A model generated the notes under the pieces. The model had not been told where the DNA came from and did no database searches. It was given only the letters and a program-made list of their open reading frames with translations. A stretch of DNA of 63,969 nucleotides, filler included, from Welwitschia mirabilis (lineage: Eukaryota), in NCBI GenBank assembly GCA_051453625.1. It is 6 parts of one record of this genome, joined end to end, with 100 filler letters (N's around TTAATTAATTAA, not from the genome) between each part and the next. Parts side by side here need not be neighbours in the genome. Positions count along the whole stretch, not along the records: positions 50,144 to 58,341 come from JBOZIK010000001.1; positions 58,442 to 60,476 come from JBOZIK010000001.1; positions 60,577 to 62,467 come from JBOZIK010000001.1; positions 62,568 to 63,969 come from JBOZIK010000001.1; 2 more parts are not named here. The stretch is one strand, 5' to 3'. Positions 51,320-63,969 of the stretch are shown one piece after another. The number at the start of each line of letters is the position of its first letter. The stretch's first letter is position 1. Made by a program: the position numbers and the translations under genes.

Positions 51320-54300
51320 AATAAAAACATGATTTACTACCCCAGGTACACAAAGGAAAATATTTCTAAGATGAGCCTTTATCAGTTGGCCATGCTTCAT
51401 AGCATTTTACTCCTCTAATAGGGGTTGCACTCCCTTCATCATGGTAAAAGAAATACAACTTTTAGTATTCCCACTTAACCATTTTACTTTTAAATATTTT
51501 GGTGAGTTTGTAAGTAGAAATAGATGAGTTCATTTCTAAGTAACTTTTGATTTTGACCTTCATTATTTTACACACTTAAAACCTTGAATATCACCATAAT
51601 CACTACCTTTTCGAATGAACTTTATCAAGTAAATACATTTTGTCATAAATATTTACTCAGGTAATGTTATGATGTTTTTTCTTTGGAGTTTGCTACACTA
51701 GTACTTTAAACAATATTCTTCTTATTCCTTATGTCTATTTTACCTTTGCCTTTCTTTTGTTTTTTTATCTCCTATTTTCCAGTTATTTTTGCATTTTTCT
51801 TTTTTTTTCCTTAGGATTTTTCATTTTTATTAGTTTAGGTAATTCAGAATGCATTGCATATTTTAAGTGGGAGGTAGGACATACATATTTTCAGTATTTT
51901 TGATATAATTTTTTCCAATTATGAGAAATCATTATTGTAGGTCCTCCTTTTGAGCTAATTATTGAAATAAGATTCCTTGATTTTTGCATGATTATCTTTA
52001 TATTTAACTAATTATCATAGTCAGAGGTTGTTTATTATGATTATTTAATTTTTGTCACAAGTTTTGGTTTTTGAAAATCTTTTGAGGAGCCTGTCATCTC
52101 CATTATCATCCGGACGACATATTGGATGACCATTTTTTGATACTTTATAGGTATTTTTCAATTTTTGAATATTTAGAAATTTATTTTATTACTGATATAT
52201 ATATTTCAGATACCTTCCTTCAGATATCCTAGCTATTTTATTATTTAAAAAGATTGACTTATAAATATGGTTTACCACCTAGTTTTGTCAGGGACTGACA
52301 AGGCTAAGTTGGGGGCTATGTTACGCCACCAACTTATGTATATTTGATAGGGTATTATGAGTTTTTTATAGGTAAATTAATAGATAAATGCATAGTTCTT
52401 ATGATAGTCAAGAACTAAGATGAACAAGATAAAAACATGCAAATTCCAGATAAAACACAAGTATTTCATGCAAACACAGATAAATATTATTTCAAATAAT
52501 GATTCTTACAGATAATAAAATAATTTCATTAACTAATGATTAAGAAAAGACTATCATCCCTACCATTGTCTAGATGATAGTCAAGATGACAACTTCAATG
52601 GAGCTATGACATAGTTCACATATAGATAACCTGTAGTCAAACTGAGATCTATTTATCATCATCTACCTAATCATCTAGACGTCACTAGTGGATGACATCT
52701 TAAATAGGGCAATAACAACTTTACATGTAGTTGACAAGCAGTTAGACTGGGACTTAAATAGATACCTCATTATTTTTTTTCATCATTCAGACGACCGAAA
52801 GGTAGACACTGTTCTCTCACACTTTTACCGAATATTTTCTTGAGTTGTCACCTCTTCTTTATAACTTTACTTTGCATGTTAGCTAGGGTTTCTCTTCTAT
52901 TTCTCTATTAGTTTCCCTTCCCTTTTTGTCTATAAATAAAGGTATTTCCCTTGATCTCTAATCATCTTTGATAGTACCTGATATTCTCGTGATAGAAGAT
53001 CTTAGAACCGGAGAACCATCTTGTAATCCAGAGAGACGTTATCTTGGTGTTGGGCAGCATATCCTCCATTGAGGAACGACTACTTTATGATATAGATATC
53101 TTTTATACTATTTAATATGAATTATCTTTTTTATCTGTAATTGTAGGAATTTATCCCTCATAGTTTATGTTGTTTAAGATCTGTGACAGGTTTCTTTAAT
53201 TATATAGATTATGAGGGTAGCCTTTGTTAAGGTTGAGCTTGATTAGATTAGGTGCATCNNNNNNNNNNNNNNNNNNNNNNNNNNNNNNNNNNNNNNNNNN
53301 NNNNNNNNNNNNNNNNNNNNNNNNNNNNNNNNNNNNNNNNNNNNNNNNNNNNNNNNNNCATTTTCTAGATGACAGTCAGGACGACAACTTCAATGGAGCT
53401 ATGACATAGTTCACATATAGATAACCTGTAGTCGAACTGAGATCTATTTATCGCCATCTACCTAATCATCTAGACGTCACTAGTGGATGACATCTCCAAA
53501 ACTAATCGATAGCACTTTACTTATAGTCAGATAAGGAGTTAAACTAAAATAAACAAATATCTAATTATTGGTCTTCATCGTCTCCTCTATCATCCAGACA
53601 ACCCAAAGGACGATACTATTATCTCACACTTTTATCGAATGTTTTCCTAAGTTATTGCCTCTTTATTATGACTTTACTTTGCATGTTAGCTAGGGTTTCT
53701 TATCTACTTCTCTATTAGTTTTCCTTCCCTTTCTATTTATAAATAAAGATATTCCCTCGATCTCTAATCATCTTCGATAGTACCTAACATTCTCATAACA
53801 AGAGAACTTAAAAGTGGAGAATCATCTTGTAATCTAAAGAGATATTACCTTAGTGTTGGGTGGTGTATCCTCTATTGAGGAATGACTACTTTGTAATACA
53901 GATTCCTTTTATACTTTTAATATAAATTATCCTTTTTATGCAAGAACTTATACCACATAGTTTATGTTGTTTAAGATTCATGATAGGTTTCTTCTATTAT
54001 ATAGATTATAAGGGCAACCTTTGTTAAGGTTAATCTTGATTAGATTAGGTGCATTGTTATTTCTTTTCATAGATTAGTTTTACATCGCTATTTCAATTCT
54101 ATGCATCTTAGTTTAATTTAGTAGATTAAGGTTACATATTTCTTTCTTGAAATTAACTCTTTATTATCCATACCATTAGCCTTCGATGGAATTATGACAT
54201 TCGGATTACTCCCAACTATACTAGCGTGTTGTGTTTATGCATCTTATTTATAATTAATAGGNNNNNNNNNNNNNNNNNNNNNNNNNNNNNNNNNNNNNNN

Positions 54301-54450
54301 NNNNNNNNNNNNNNNNNNNNNNNNNNNNNNNNNNNNNNNNNNNNNNNNNNNNNNNNNNNNNATACTAGCGTGTTGTGTTTATGCATCTTATTTATAATTA
54401 ATAGGATTTATATCAAGGCATAAAACATTACATAAATACATACTGCAACA
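47859..54450 (+). mobile_element. Non-autonomous gag-protease LTR element with three LTR segments, nested in gag
   Basis: Perfect TSD AGCCC (47854-47858 and 54451-54455). 5' LTR 47859-49536, PBS tggtgccatttctgatgaagg, protease KALINIGGSANII (~50390), PPT aggctaagttgggggcta, LTR segments 52319-53258 and 53359-54450. Confidence 0.88.
51287..51321. repeat. (GAAA)n microsatellite
   Basis: aaagaaagaaagaaagaaag... read directly. Confidence 0.85.
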
Positions 54451-55426
54451 AGCCCTTAGATAATTCTATAACATAATTCAAGCATGAGTTGAAGAAAATG
54501 ATAAAAAGAATAAAATAAATGAATTATGCACCTTAAAACTAGATAGTAGTGTATATAGCTTAAAACATATCAGTTTTATGAAAGATGTAGCTAAAAACAT
54601 AATTAATATTATGGTAGAAAAGTTCGATATATTAGCTATACGACATTCTAAAAAGAAAGAAGTACCTAAATGTGAACACTATGGAGAAGATAATCATCAT
54701 GAGATAGAATATCGTTGGATGCAAAAATTTGTTTAGTAGTTAGATATAAATAGATTATATTTTAAAAATAGATTATATTTTAATTCTAATAATCAACCTC
54801 AAACTAATAAGAAATCATATCCTTACCAAAGTAGAAAATGAAAAATACCTTTACAAAGGTATGGGAACCCAAAGAGGTAGGAGTAATATTATTATTATAG
54901 AAATTGAAAAAATAGAGGTTCAAAAGACCAAAGAGGAAAATCAAAAATAGAAAAGAAAGAAGGAAAAATCCCTACTCAACCCTAATAAAATCTTAGAAAG
55001 ATGATAAGTAAAGTAGTAACTCATAGATCCAAGAAATAAAAAGTAACATATGAACTATAGAAAAAAGATGAGAATTTAAATAATTCCCTAGATAAAGGAA
55101 AGGAAGAGGCTAAAATAAAAATTATGAATAATACTTCATCAAATTTTTTACTCTTTCTTATGAGAAGTAAATAAATAGAACATTTAAAAGTTGAAAAATA
55201 TATAGAATAATTAACTAGGATATTAGATGATACAAAGATAACAATACTCTATTAAAATTATTATGTACTTATGTAAATGAAGATCATGTGCTTAAAATAA
55301 AAAGGTGAAAAAGAGAATAAGAAATAAAAACAAATTGAAATAATAAGAAAATAACAAGTTTCTTAGGCTTCCACATAAGTTCTTTAAAATAGACAATATG
55401 AAAAGTATAGCAATTCTGGAATAGCT

Positions 55427-58340
55427 ATGATTAATGTTAAAATAGACCAGAAATTCAAAGTTGAAGAACTTGTAGATCTTAGAGCAAATATTAATATGAT
55501 GGCATATGAAACTTATGAGAAATTAGAAAAACCAAAACTAATGCCTTATCAAGAGGAAGTTTACCCAAAAAATGGCTTAGCAGTTATGCCAGAAGTAGTT
55601 TTAAAGGATATACCTATAGAACTCTAAGGTTTTATTTATTTGATAAACTCACTAATCTTGAAAACTTAGGGAGATATCCATGCAATAATTCTTGGGAGGC
55701 CATGGATGGCTACTGTAGATGCTATTATCTATTCTAGAAAAGGGGAAATGGAAATTAATCTTAAAGATCTTAAAAAAGAAATTTAACTTTCTGATGTAGT
55801 AGTTATTAAAGAAATGGTATAGAACACCGAGGCAAGAACCAATGCAATTTTAACTTAGAAAGCTAATCTAATGTTAAACAAAAAAAAAATGAGGAGAAAT
55901 ATAAAGAAGAAGATTTACCAATAAAAGAAATATAAAAACTGCCTCTTAAGAAAGAGTAAGAATATACTAAGATAGCTCCTAATATATCTTTAATCATAAA
56001 TAGTTATTTAAATCATTCTCAGAAGAGAAGACTTAAAAGAATGTTAAGTAAAAAAAAAGGAGCTTTTGCTTGGGATCATACAGATACTAAAGGAATAGAT
56101 TCAAAAATCTATCAATACAAAGTATACTTAGATAGTTTTATTAAACCAAGTTGGTAAATATAAAGAAGGTATAATCCACATAGGGAAGAAGTAATTAGAT
56201 AGGAAATTTCTACACTCTTAGAGATAGGATTTATCTACCCCATATCTAATTCAAAATGGGTTAGCCTTATAATAGTAGTATCAAAGAAAGGAAATAAATG
56301 GAAAATGTGTATAAACTTTAGAATGCTAAATACAACAACTTATAAAGATCACTTTCCTCTTCCATTTATTGACCAAGTTTTAGAAAGAGTATTCAGATAT
56401 CAATACTATAGCTTCCTAAATGAATATAGTGGCTATAATCAGGTTCCTATAGCCTTATAAAACCATGCCAAAATAAGTTTCACTTATCATTAAGGTACTT
56501 ATGCTTATAAAGTACTTCTATTTGGACTATGTAATGTTCCTACTACTTTTTAGAGATTAGTAAATAGTATTTTTTCAGAAATGATAGGAAGATCAGTTAA
56601 AGTATTTATAGATGATTTTCTTAGCACTTGGAAAAGATTTGAAAGATTCATGTAAAATATTAAAAAAGGTTTTGAAAAGATGTAAAGAAAAATGCCTTAT
56701 ACTTAGCTAGTCAAAAAGTCATCTTATGATAACAGAAGAAATAATGTTAGGACATAAAATATCTAAGAAAGGAAATGAAACTAATGAATAAAAAATCAAA
56801 GCTATCAAAGATATTCCACTTCCAATAAACTAAAAGAGTTAAGATATTTTCTTGGACATGTTCGATATTATAGAAGATTTATATCCAACTTTATTAAAAT
56901 TTCTAAATCTTTAAGTAATCTCCTACAAAATATGTGGAATATGATTGAATTAATAAGTGTCAGAATACATAATAAACTTTAAAAGATAAACATTTATCAG
57001 CACCTATTTTATAGGGGTCAAATCAAATAAGACCATTTTATATTATGACTGATGCATATAAACATGCTATAGAAGTAGCTTTAGGATGAAAACATAAAGA
57101 CAACAAACCTTATATCATTGTGTATATAAGTAAGAACTTCAAACTAGCTTAACACAATTATACAGTAATAAAGAAGGAATGGCTAGCAATAGGGATGGCA
57201 ATATAGTGCCATTAGATTTTAAATAAATAAAAAAGAAACAAACTAAATAATTATAAGATGGATATTATTAATGCAAGAGTTTAATTTAAAAATAATTAAT
57301 AGAAAAGAAATATAGAAAAAGGCAGTAGATCACCTATCAATATTAGTGTTTTTAGATGAAGAAAAGATCAACATTAGAGATTAATCTCTAGATGAGCATC
57401 TTTTTCAGGTATCCACAAATCCGTGGTATGCTAACATTTCTAATTTTCTTACAACTAAAAAATAACTTCTTTTATGACTTATTACAAGAGAAAAAAATTA
57501 TTGAGTGAATCTAGAGATTATATTTGGAATGATAAAATGTTATTTAGAGAATGCAAGGATTATTCTCATCAGAGGATGTATAGATAAGAATTTATAAGAG
57601 GAAATTTTGAAAGAAGCTAATGAAGAAGAAAGAGGAGGACATTATGGTGCAAAGAGAATAGAAATGAAAATCCTCCATATGGTATATTATTAACTTACCA
57701 TCTTCAAAGATGCAAACAAGTATGTTCAAATTTATGACAAATGTTAGAGAGAAGGCATATTTAATCAAAAGTTAGAAATTCTACAATAATGGATTCAAAG
57801 TGTTGAATCCCTTGATGTTTGGGAAATAGATTTTATTAGACTTATCAATCGCTCATCCTTTAGGAAAAAGTACATTATGTTATATGTTGATTACTTCATT
57901 AAGTGTGTAAAGGCTGAGGTTGTGACTAATTATTTTTTTCAAACTATAGTTAGCTTTTTCCTCAGAAATATTATTATCATTTTGAAGCCCCTCAAAGCCT
58001 TATATCTAATAGAGGAATACACTTTACTAGTGAAATTTTTGAGAAACTTTCAATAAAATTTGGAATTTATCCCAAACTCTCTACTGCCTATTACCTCCAA
58101 TTCAATGGCCAAGTGGAAGTAAACAACAGAGAGCTTAATAGAATATTAACAAAGGTTATAAATAATTAAAAAAAATTGATTGAGTTGATAAACTAAATAA
58201 AGCTCTATGAGCTTATAGACTAACATGGAAACACACTATAGGATTTACTCCCTTTGAAGTATTCTATGAGGAAAAATCTATTTTGTCAATTTCATTTAGA
58301 ATAAAAACATTTAAATTAGCTAAATAATTAAAATGTAACT
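55427..58340 (+). pseudogene. Ty3/gypsy pol pseudogene (PR-RT-RH-INT)
   Basis: All four domains are recognisable in gypsy order, with many in-frame stops and frameshifts. Confidence 0.92.
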
Positions 58341-58441
58341 TNNNNNNNNNNNNNNNNNNNNNNNNNNNNNNNNNNNNNNNNNNNNTTAATTAATTAANNN
58401 NNNNNNNNNNNNNNNNNNNNNNNNNNNNNNNNNNNNNNNNN

Positions 58442-60476
58442 CTTTTAGTGGAGAACTTGATGAAGATCTTTTACAACACATTGCCAACATCAAACACCTT
58501 ATTCTTATGTCCAGAAATGATAAAAAATAAATAAGTGATAGAACCTACATGGTTATCTTTTCCATCATCTTGAGAGATAAAGTAAAACTTTGGCTTAGAG
58601 TGATTTCCCTTAAGAGCCTTAAATCTTAGAGTCAAGTTCAAGAAGCCTTCATCAAGAGATTCATGAGTGAAACCACTATCTAGAAGTATAATAAAAAAGT
58701 CACNNNNNNNNNNNNNNNNNNNNNNNNNNNNNNNNNNNNNNNNNNNNNNNNNNNNNNNNNNNNNNNNNNNNNNNNNNNNNNNNNNNNNNNNNNNNNNNNN
58801 NNNNNNNNNNNNNNNNNNNNNNNNNNNNNNNNNNNNNNNNNNNNNNNNNNNNNNNNNNNNNNNNNNNNNNNNNNNNNNNNNNNNNNNNNNNNNNNNNNNN
58901 NNNNNNNNNNNNNNNNNNNNNNNNNNNNNNNNNNNNNNNNNNNNNNNNNNNNNNNNNNNNNNNNNNNNNNNNNNNNNNNNNNNNNNNNNNNNNNNNNNNN
59001 NNNNNNNNNNNNNNNNNNNNNNNNNNNCAAAATAGAAAATGAACCAACTAGTGTTATTAAGGATTTTACTTCTACCTTAGTTAAATACATCTAAATGATG
59101 TTTGATGCTAAAGTGGCAACCGAGAAGAGTGAAGTTGCTATTCCAACATGTGATTTATGTGAAGATAGCTAACATATCATGAAAGACTACCCTTTACTTC
59201 CTACTTACAAAAAGAGAATCTATGAGGAAGTGTACGCTTTCAACCAAAGACCTTCCAATTGCATGCAAAACCATGATCAAAGACAAGTCTCGATTCACAA
59301 TTTTTAAAATAAGATGATTGAGCAACTAAATTTTAGAAACTTTCAAATACCTCATCCTAATTTCTAGCCTTTCTGGAGTTGATTTAAACATCTAAACTTT
59401 TAAACCAATCATTAAAATAACTTGTCAAGCCCTTTCAACTCCTAAAACCATAGTGATGCCTTGGGAATTCCATTGAGGAGTTGAAAAAAAAGTCAAGAGA
59501 AGACAAATGAAAACATAGAAAATCCTTAAGTCTTTTACAATAAACCATGATTTCCAATTAAAGACCACAAGGGACCCTTACCACTTAACCTTTATCAAAC
59601 CCTAACGAAGTATGAAAAGATTGTAAGATGATGACAAGAAGTGGAAATAACATAATTCCCCCTACCTATAAGGCTTCAACTTCCCAAAATGACAAAAATG
59701 ATGAGGAAGAGGACATAGAGATCCTAGAAAATCATTCCTTTCCTTCTTCATTTAGCAATAAAAAGAAATATCCTTCACAAAAGAAACCTGCTATCTCATG
59801 GCTTGATAGGCTTAATACAAATCCCATCTTTGATGATCATTTAAAACCTTAATGCAAAATGTAAGCATCAACTTATGTTTTTGGAAACTTTTGCAAGAAA
59901 ACCCCAAATACTCTAAGCTATGGAAAGACCTAATAAGAAGGAAACAAAAATGAACCATCCCTGGTAAAGTCTTCCTAGCTCAATACATTAATAACTTAGT
60001 TTCTAAAAAGTGTCCAAAGTTTAATGATTTGGGGTAGCAACTATAGTGTCACTTTAGAGGGGAACCATAGAATTAAAAAAGCCTTGATAGACATAAGAGC
60101 TAGTGTCAATATTACGCCTTTTCATATTTGTCAATGTCTTGGGTTGAAAGAAAGAGTAGAACCTACATGAGTTATCTTAGAGTTAGCTAATACATGCATG
60201 AAGAAATGTTTAGGCATAATTAAGGACTTGGTTATTTAAATAGAGGAAGCTTTCTATCCAATTAATGTAGATGTTTTAGAAGTTGAGCATCATGGTGGAT
60301 ATCCCCTATTTTTAGGTAGAGCTTTTTTTGCAATAGCTTATTGCATCATAGACACAAGAAATGGATTGATAAAGTGCCATTTTGGAAATAAATAATTTTC
60401 AATTAGAGTGTTTGATGCAGCTAAAAAAGGTTTAGACAACGATCTAGATTTGGAAGAAGAAATAAAACCAACCCTA
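58442..60476 (+). mobile_element. Internal gag-protease segment of the same non-autonomous family, between two scaffold joins
   Basis: FSGELDEDLLQHI, ILRDKVKLWL, TCDLCED..HIMKDYP and KKALIDIRASVNI. Collinear with 16300-18250 and with 50144-50790. Confidence 0.85.
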
Positions 60477-60576
60477 NNNNNNNNNNNNNNNNNNNNNNNN
60501 NNNNNNNNNNNNNNNNNNNNTTAATTAATTAANNNNNNNNNNNNNNNNNNNNNNNNNNNNNNNNNNNNNNNNNNNN

Positions 60577-62467
60577 ATCACACAAGCCTTGTTTTTCTAT
60601 ATTTATCTTAGGGATTCCTCTAATAATATTTTTATGAATAATCAATTTTAATTGATCATAATAAACATGTCCTAAATGTTTATGCAATAATTCATCTTGA
60701 GGAACATTCAAAAAACAACAAGGAGAGTATGATTGATCTATGCTATACATATTATCTATTCTGTTAGCTCTAAGTATCACATCATTCGATTTTACATGCA
60801 TAATTTTACATTTTGATTTATTAAAGACTAATTTGTAACCTTTATTGCAAATTTAACTAATGCTTAATAAATTGTGCTTCAAACCACTTACATATAAGAC
60901 TTCATTAGTTTTAGAAAAGTTACCTCCACCAGTGCTTCTAATGCCTTCTATTTTTGCTCTTCCATTATCTCTAAAGGTTATTTCTCCTCCATTAAATTGG
61001 ATTAAATGGTTGAATCTTGATTTATTTTTAGTCATGTACCTCAAACATCTACTATAAGATACCAACTTAAGCTATTTGAGACTTTAAAAGCTATCTGGAT
61101 TAACAAGCTTTTGAGATTATTAGCTTTTACCGCATAGTCCTTTTAGACTTATGTGGTAGACTTTTTTAGAAATAAATCTAAATGGAAAAGAGCTACTAGA
61201 ATTTTAAAACAACATTAACTTCCTAGCATTGCACATAAGTTTTGGATGATTTATTTTTCCACAAAAATGATAAGTAAGTTTTGAAACAGAATTACCATAA
61301 CTGGTTACTTGAGTTTGTTGTGCTTGAGATTTCTTTGAAATAAATCCAATACATGATTTGTTTCCAACTGATTTCTAAATTCCAAGCATTTATTTCAATT
61401 TGACAGATCCACCTAAAAACTTATTAATAAAATATGATAAATCTTGTACCTGCAAGATGAAATCAGCATTTTCAGATTTTATTTTTTCAAAGCTTGATTC
61501 CAACTCATTTTTTTCTTTGGTAAGGGATTTTATAACCTTATTTAGGTCATTAATCCTTCTAGCTAATTTTTCACATTCTTGATACAGCTCTTAACAAATA
61601 TTTTCTAGATCAACTCCATCTTCATTATTTACTAAGGAATTTGAAACATCCTGTAGAGGTGGTACAAAGGCCATGAAACAGAGTCTTCTTTTGCTGGTAT
61701 GCTCTTGATCATTTCTTTTATCTCCTTCATTTGATCCTTATGATTCTTTTCTTTTTGCATTCTATTTAAAAATATATTCAAATACTATCCAAAGAAAATA
61801 GATAAAGGCATAGGTATTTAGAAAGGGCATGCTAACAAATTCATTAATAAAAATATCCATTGAAGGGTTCTTAGTTTAGATCTATTAAGATCTCTCACAG
61901 ACTAATCTAAACTTTGATACCAAATGATAGGATAGAGAACCCTAAGGGGTGAATAGGTTTTTTACAAAAACTTTAAGCTTAAAACAACTTAATAAAATCC
62001 AATCATAGATTGCATATAATTGAATAATGAAATCAAGATCATGCATACAAATAATAAATAAAAACAGAATGTAAACCATAAAATAAAAACTACCAGTTTG
62101 GATGCATGTAAGATTTATAATGATTTGAGAAAACTCTTACTTCACTCTTGATGATCAGTTTCTTCCAAGCTTGATCTTGAATCTTTATTACTTCACAGGT
62201 TTTGCCAAGCTTACCTATTAACCCTTATAAGCACACTTGTATAGGCTAAGTCTTAATCTTAACAAAGGACTTTTGTAGGTTAAGTCTCAATCTTAAAAGA
62301 TAAACATAAGTAATGTAATGAAGCCTTTATAGCTCTGATATCACTTGTTTAGTACTAGTACATAGAATGAAGATCTTCTCTAAATGAAAATAGTAATGAG
62401 GTCCTTAGATCTAATTCTAAGTGATGTTCTAATCCAAGAATAGATCCTCTCAATCAGATATGAATTA
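60577..62467 (-). mobile_element. Sirevirus-like copia 5' portion: LTR end, PBS, truncated gag, protease and GAG-pre-integrase
   Basis: LTR end (reverse complement cctattcacccctt...atca) at 61925, Met PBS ctttgatacca (61912-61922), Zn knuckle HFCGKINHPKLMC, GGEITFRDNGRAKIEGI..YVSGLKHNLLSIS, LHKHLGH. Confidence 0.85.
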
Positions 62468-62567
62468 NNNNNNNNNNNNNNNNNNNNNNNNNNNNNNNNN
62501 NNNNNNNNNNNTTAATTAATTAANNNNNNNNNNNNNNNNNNNNNNNNNNNNNNNNNNNNNNNNNNNN

Positions 62568-63969
62568 CATGAGGACGACAGAAGGGATGACAACAACTAG
62601 AAAAAAAGAAACAGAATTGAAACTGAAACAAAAATCAGGAAAAAAAAAAAGGATTGTCATTCATCTAGTTGTCCAGACATCATAGAAGATGATAGAAACT
62701 AATTTATTTTAGAAAAAATCACAATCTAAGTAATAAAACTAAAAGTCCAAATAACAAGTTATCATCTTGAATATCGTGGAGATGATAAAGGGGATAACCA
62801 CTCTTTTTCTACAGGAAACTAAATCTCAGAAATTAAAACTAAAAAATTACACACAGAAAACCTACAACTCCTAAATAAATATAATGTCACATAAATAAAT
62901 AGCCAAACAGAGGTCTAATATACTCACTTGAATGATGATAACCCTTGTACTCCTCAATAGCCTTTCCCAGTAATGACGCCAAAATGTTGCAGTGTATATT
63001 TGTGCAAGTTTTTATATTTAAAGAGATCCTATCATTTATAATCAAAATAGATATATTATATAATATATCACACTAGAATGAGTGGGAGTAGACTCAAAAT
63101 GTCATATTCATATTAAAGTCTATGGATGAGACACAAGTTTCTTTGCAAATAAAACTAGGAACCAAAAATAGACAATAATGCAAGAAATAAAAGTACAATG
63201 AAAAATGAAATATGCAATTTAAACTAACATGCAATGCAAAAAGAACACTAACTCTACTTACTTTTAGCCTTAACAAAGGCTACCCTTGATAATCTGTATC
63301 ATCTAAGAAATTGTCATTAGATCAAGAGCAATCATAAACTATAAGGGTAATCAGAAAACCTAAGATGCAAATATAAAAAGAAAACTAATTTTTATATTAA
63401 AAGAGTAATAACATCTGAGTTACAAAATAGCTAGTTCTCAATGGATAATATACAACCCTCTACCAAGTGCATGTCTTTCTATAACACATGTAGTTAGATC
63501 ATCCACCCTATGACCTCCTATCATGATAATGCCCAATGACATGAAGATGAGAAGAAGAGTCAAAGGGAGATTTATTTATAACAATATATAGTAAAAAAAA
63601 AGACAAATGGTAGATGTAAAAAGGTGCACTCCTTTAAGGCTTAGAAGTAGATAAAACGGTCAAGGATAGCATCAAAGTTGGTTACATGTTAGTGCCATCT
63701 GGGCTGTTATCTAGACGACATGGAGGATGACAAAACATTATAAAATATTTTTAAAATGATAACTCAACAATCCACATCAGTAGTCATTATCTTGTCTGTC
63801 GTGGATATAATGGAGGGGACAATAATCTTCTTTTGTTATTTTTTTGAAGAGAACTTAGCATTTTTATCATTAATCCTTATTCAAAGCTCTATGCATCAGA
63901 AAGTACCTTTAATACATCAACTTTGGATAAGAATCGCACTTTTTTGAGATTTTTGTTTGTATCTACAAA
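62568..63969 (-). mobile_element. Inverted Athila-related 5' LTR (62985 to window end), tRNA-Asp-type PBS and 5' UTR
   Basis: Reverse complement ...cactgcaaca|ttt|tggcgtcattactgggaaagg, with the PBS at 62961-62981. Confidence 0.82.

Larger units (their letters stand above)
45621..58340 (+). mobile_element. Near-complete decayed Athila-like Ty3/gypsy element (host of 47859-54450)
   Basis: Candidate 5' LTR tgatg...catca (45621-46479); PBS ttgtgctagaaggaggg (46483-46499); gag YFPFSLKGDA; protease ELVDLRANINMM; RT KDHFPLPFIDQVLER..VKVFIDDF; RH IMTDA..HNYTV; INT GGHYGAKR..DVWEIDF..NGQVEVNNREL. Confidence 0.85.

Noticed and set aside
29722..62523. Recurrent TTAATTAATTAA palindrome as a biological motif
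   Set aside because: It is always centred in ~100-bp N blocks, so it is an assembler spacer. Adjacency across these joins is unreliable.
710..63947. Short ORFs of the supplied track as host genes
   Set aside because: They are N-gap read-throughs, low-complexity AT-rich frames, antisense frames or retroelement fragments. No exon series of a cellular gene was recognisable.

Overview
Very AT-rich, strongly CpG-depleted plant nuclear heterochromatin with many N gaps and no intact protein-coding gene. Most of the window is nested, decayed LTR retrotransposons: Athila-like and Tekay-like Ty3/gypsy, Ty1/copia (including Sirevirus-like copies) and non-autonomous gag+protease-only elements, several with recognisable TSDs, PBSs and PPTs. 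At ~4.8-7.5 kb there is a scrambled mosaic of plastid-derived fragments (NUPT): group II intron domain V, trnH-GUG, trnI-CAU, two 16S pieces, psbZ, psaA and the 23S 5' end. Where I could score them against recalled references, their substitutions are almost all C>T/G>A. The psbZ residues and the trnH/trnI arrangement suggest a non-angiosperm, probably gymnosperm (gnetophyte-like) host; this is inference. The most interesting signals are the NUPT mosaic with mixed apparent ages, two three-LTR structures each bounded by one TSD, repeated gag-protease elements lacking RT/RH/INT that share a conserved and probably structured 3' non-coding block, and a ~40-bp nested GTCGTC palindrome repeated through these elements. 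All homology calls were made by eye from recalled motifs with no database search, and coordinates of decayed ORFs are approximate.
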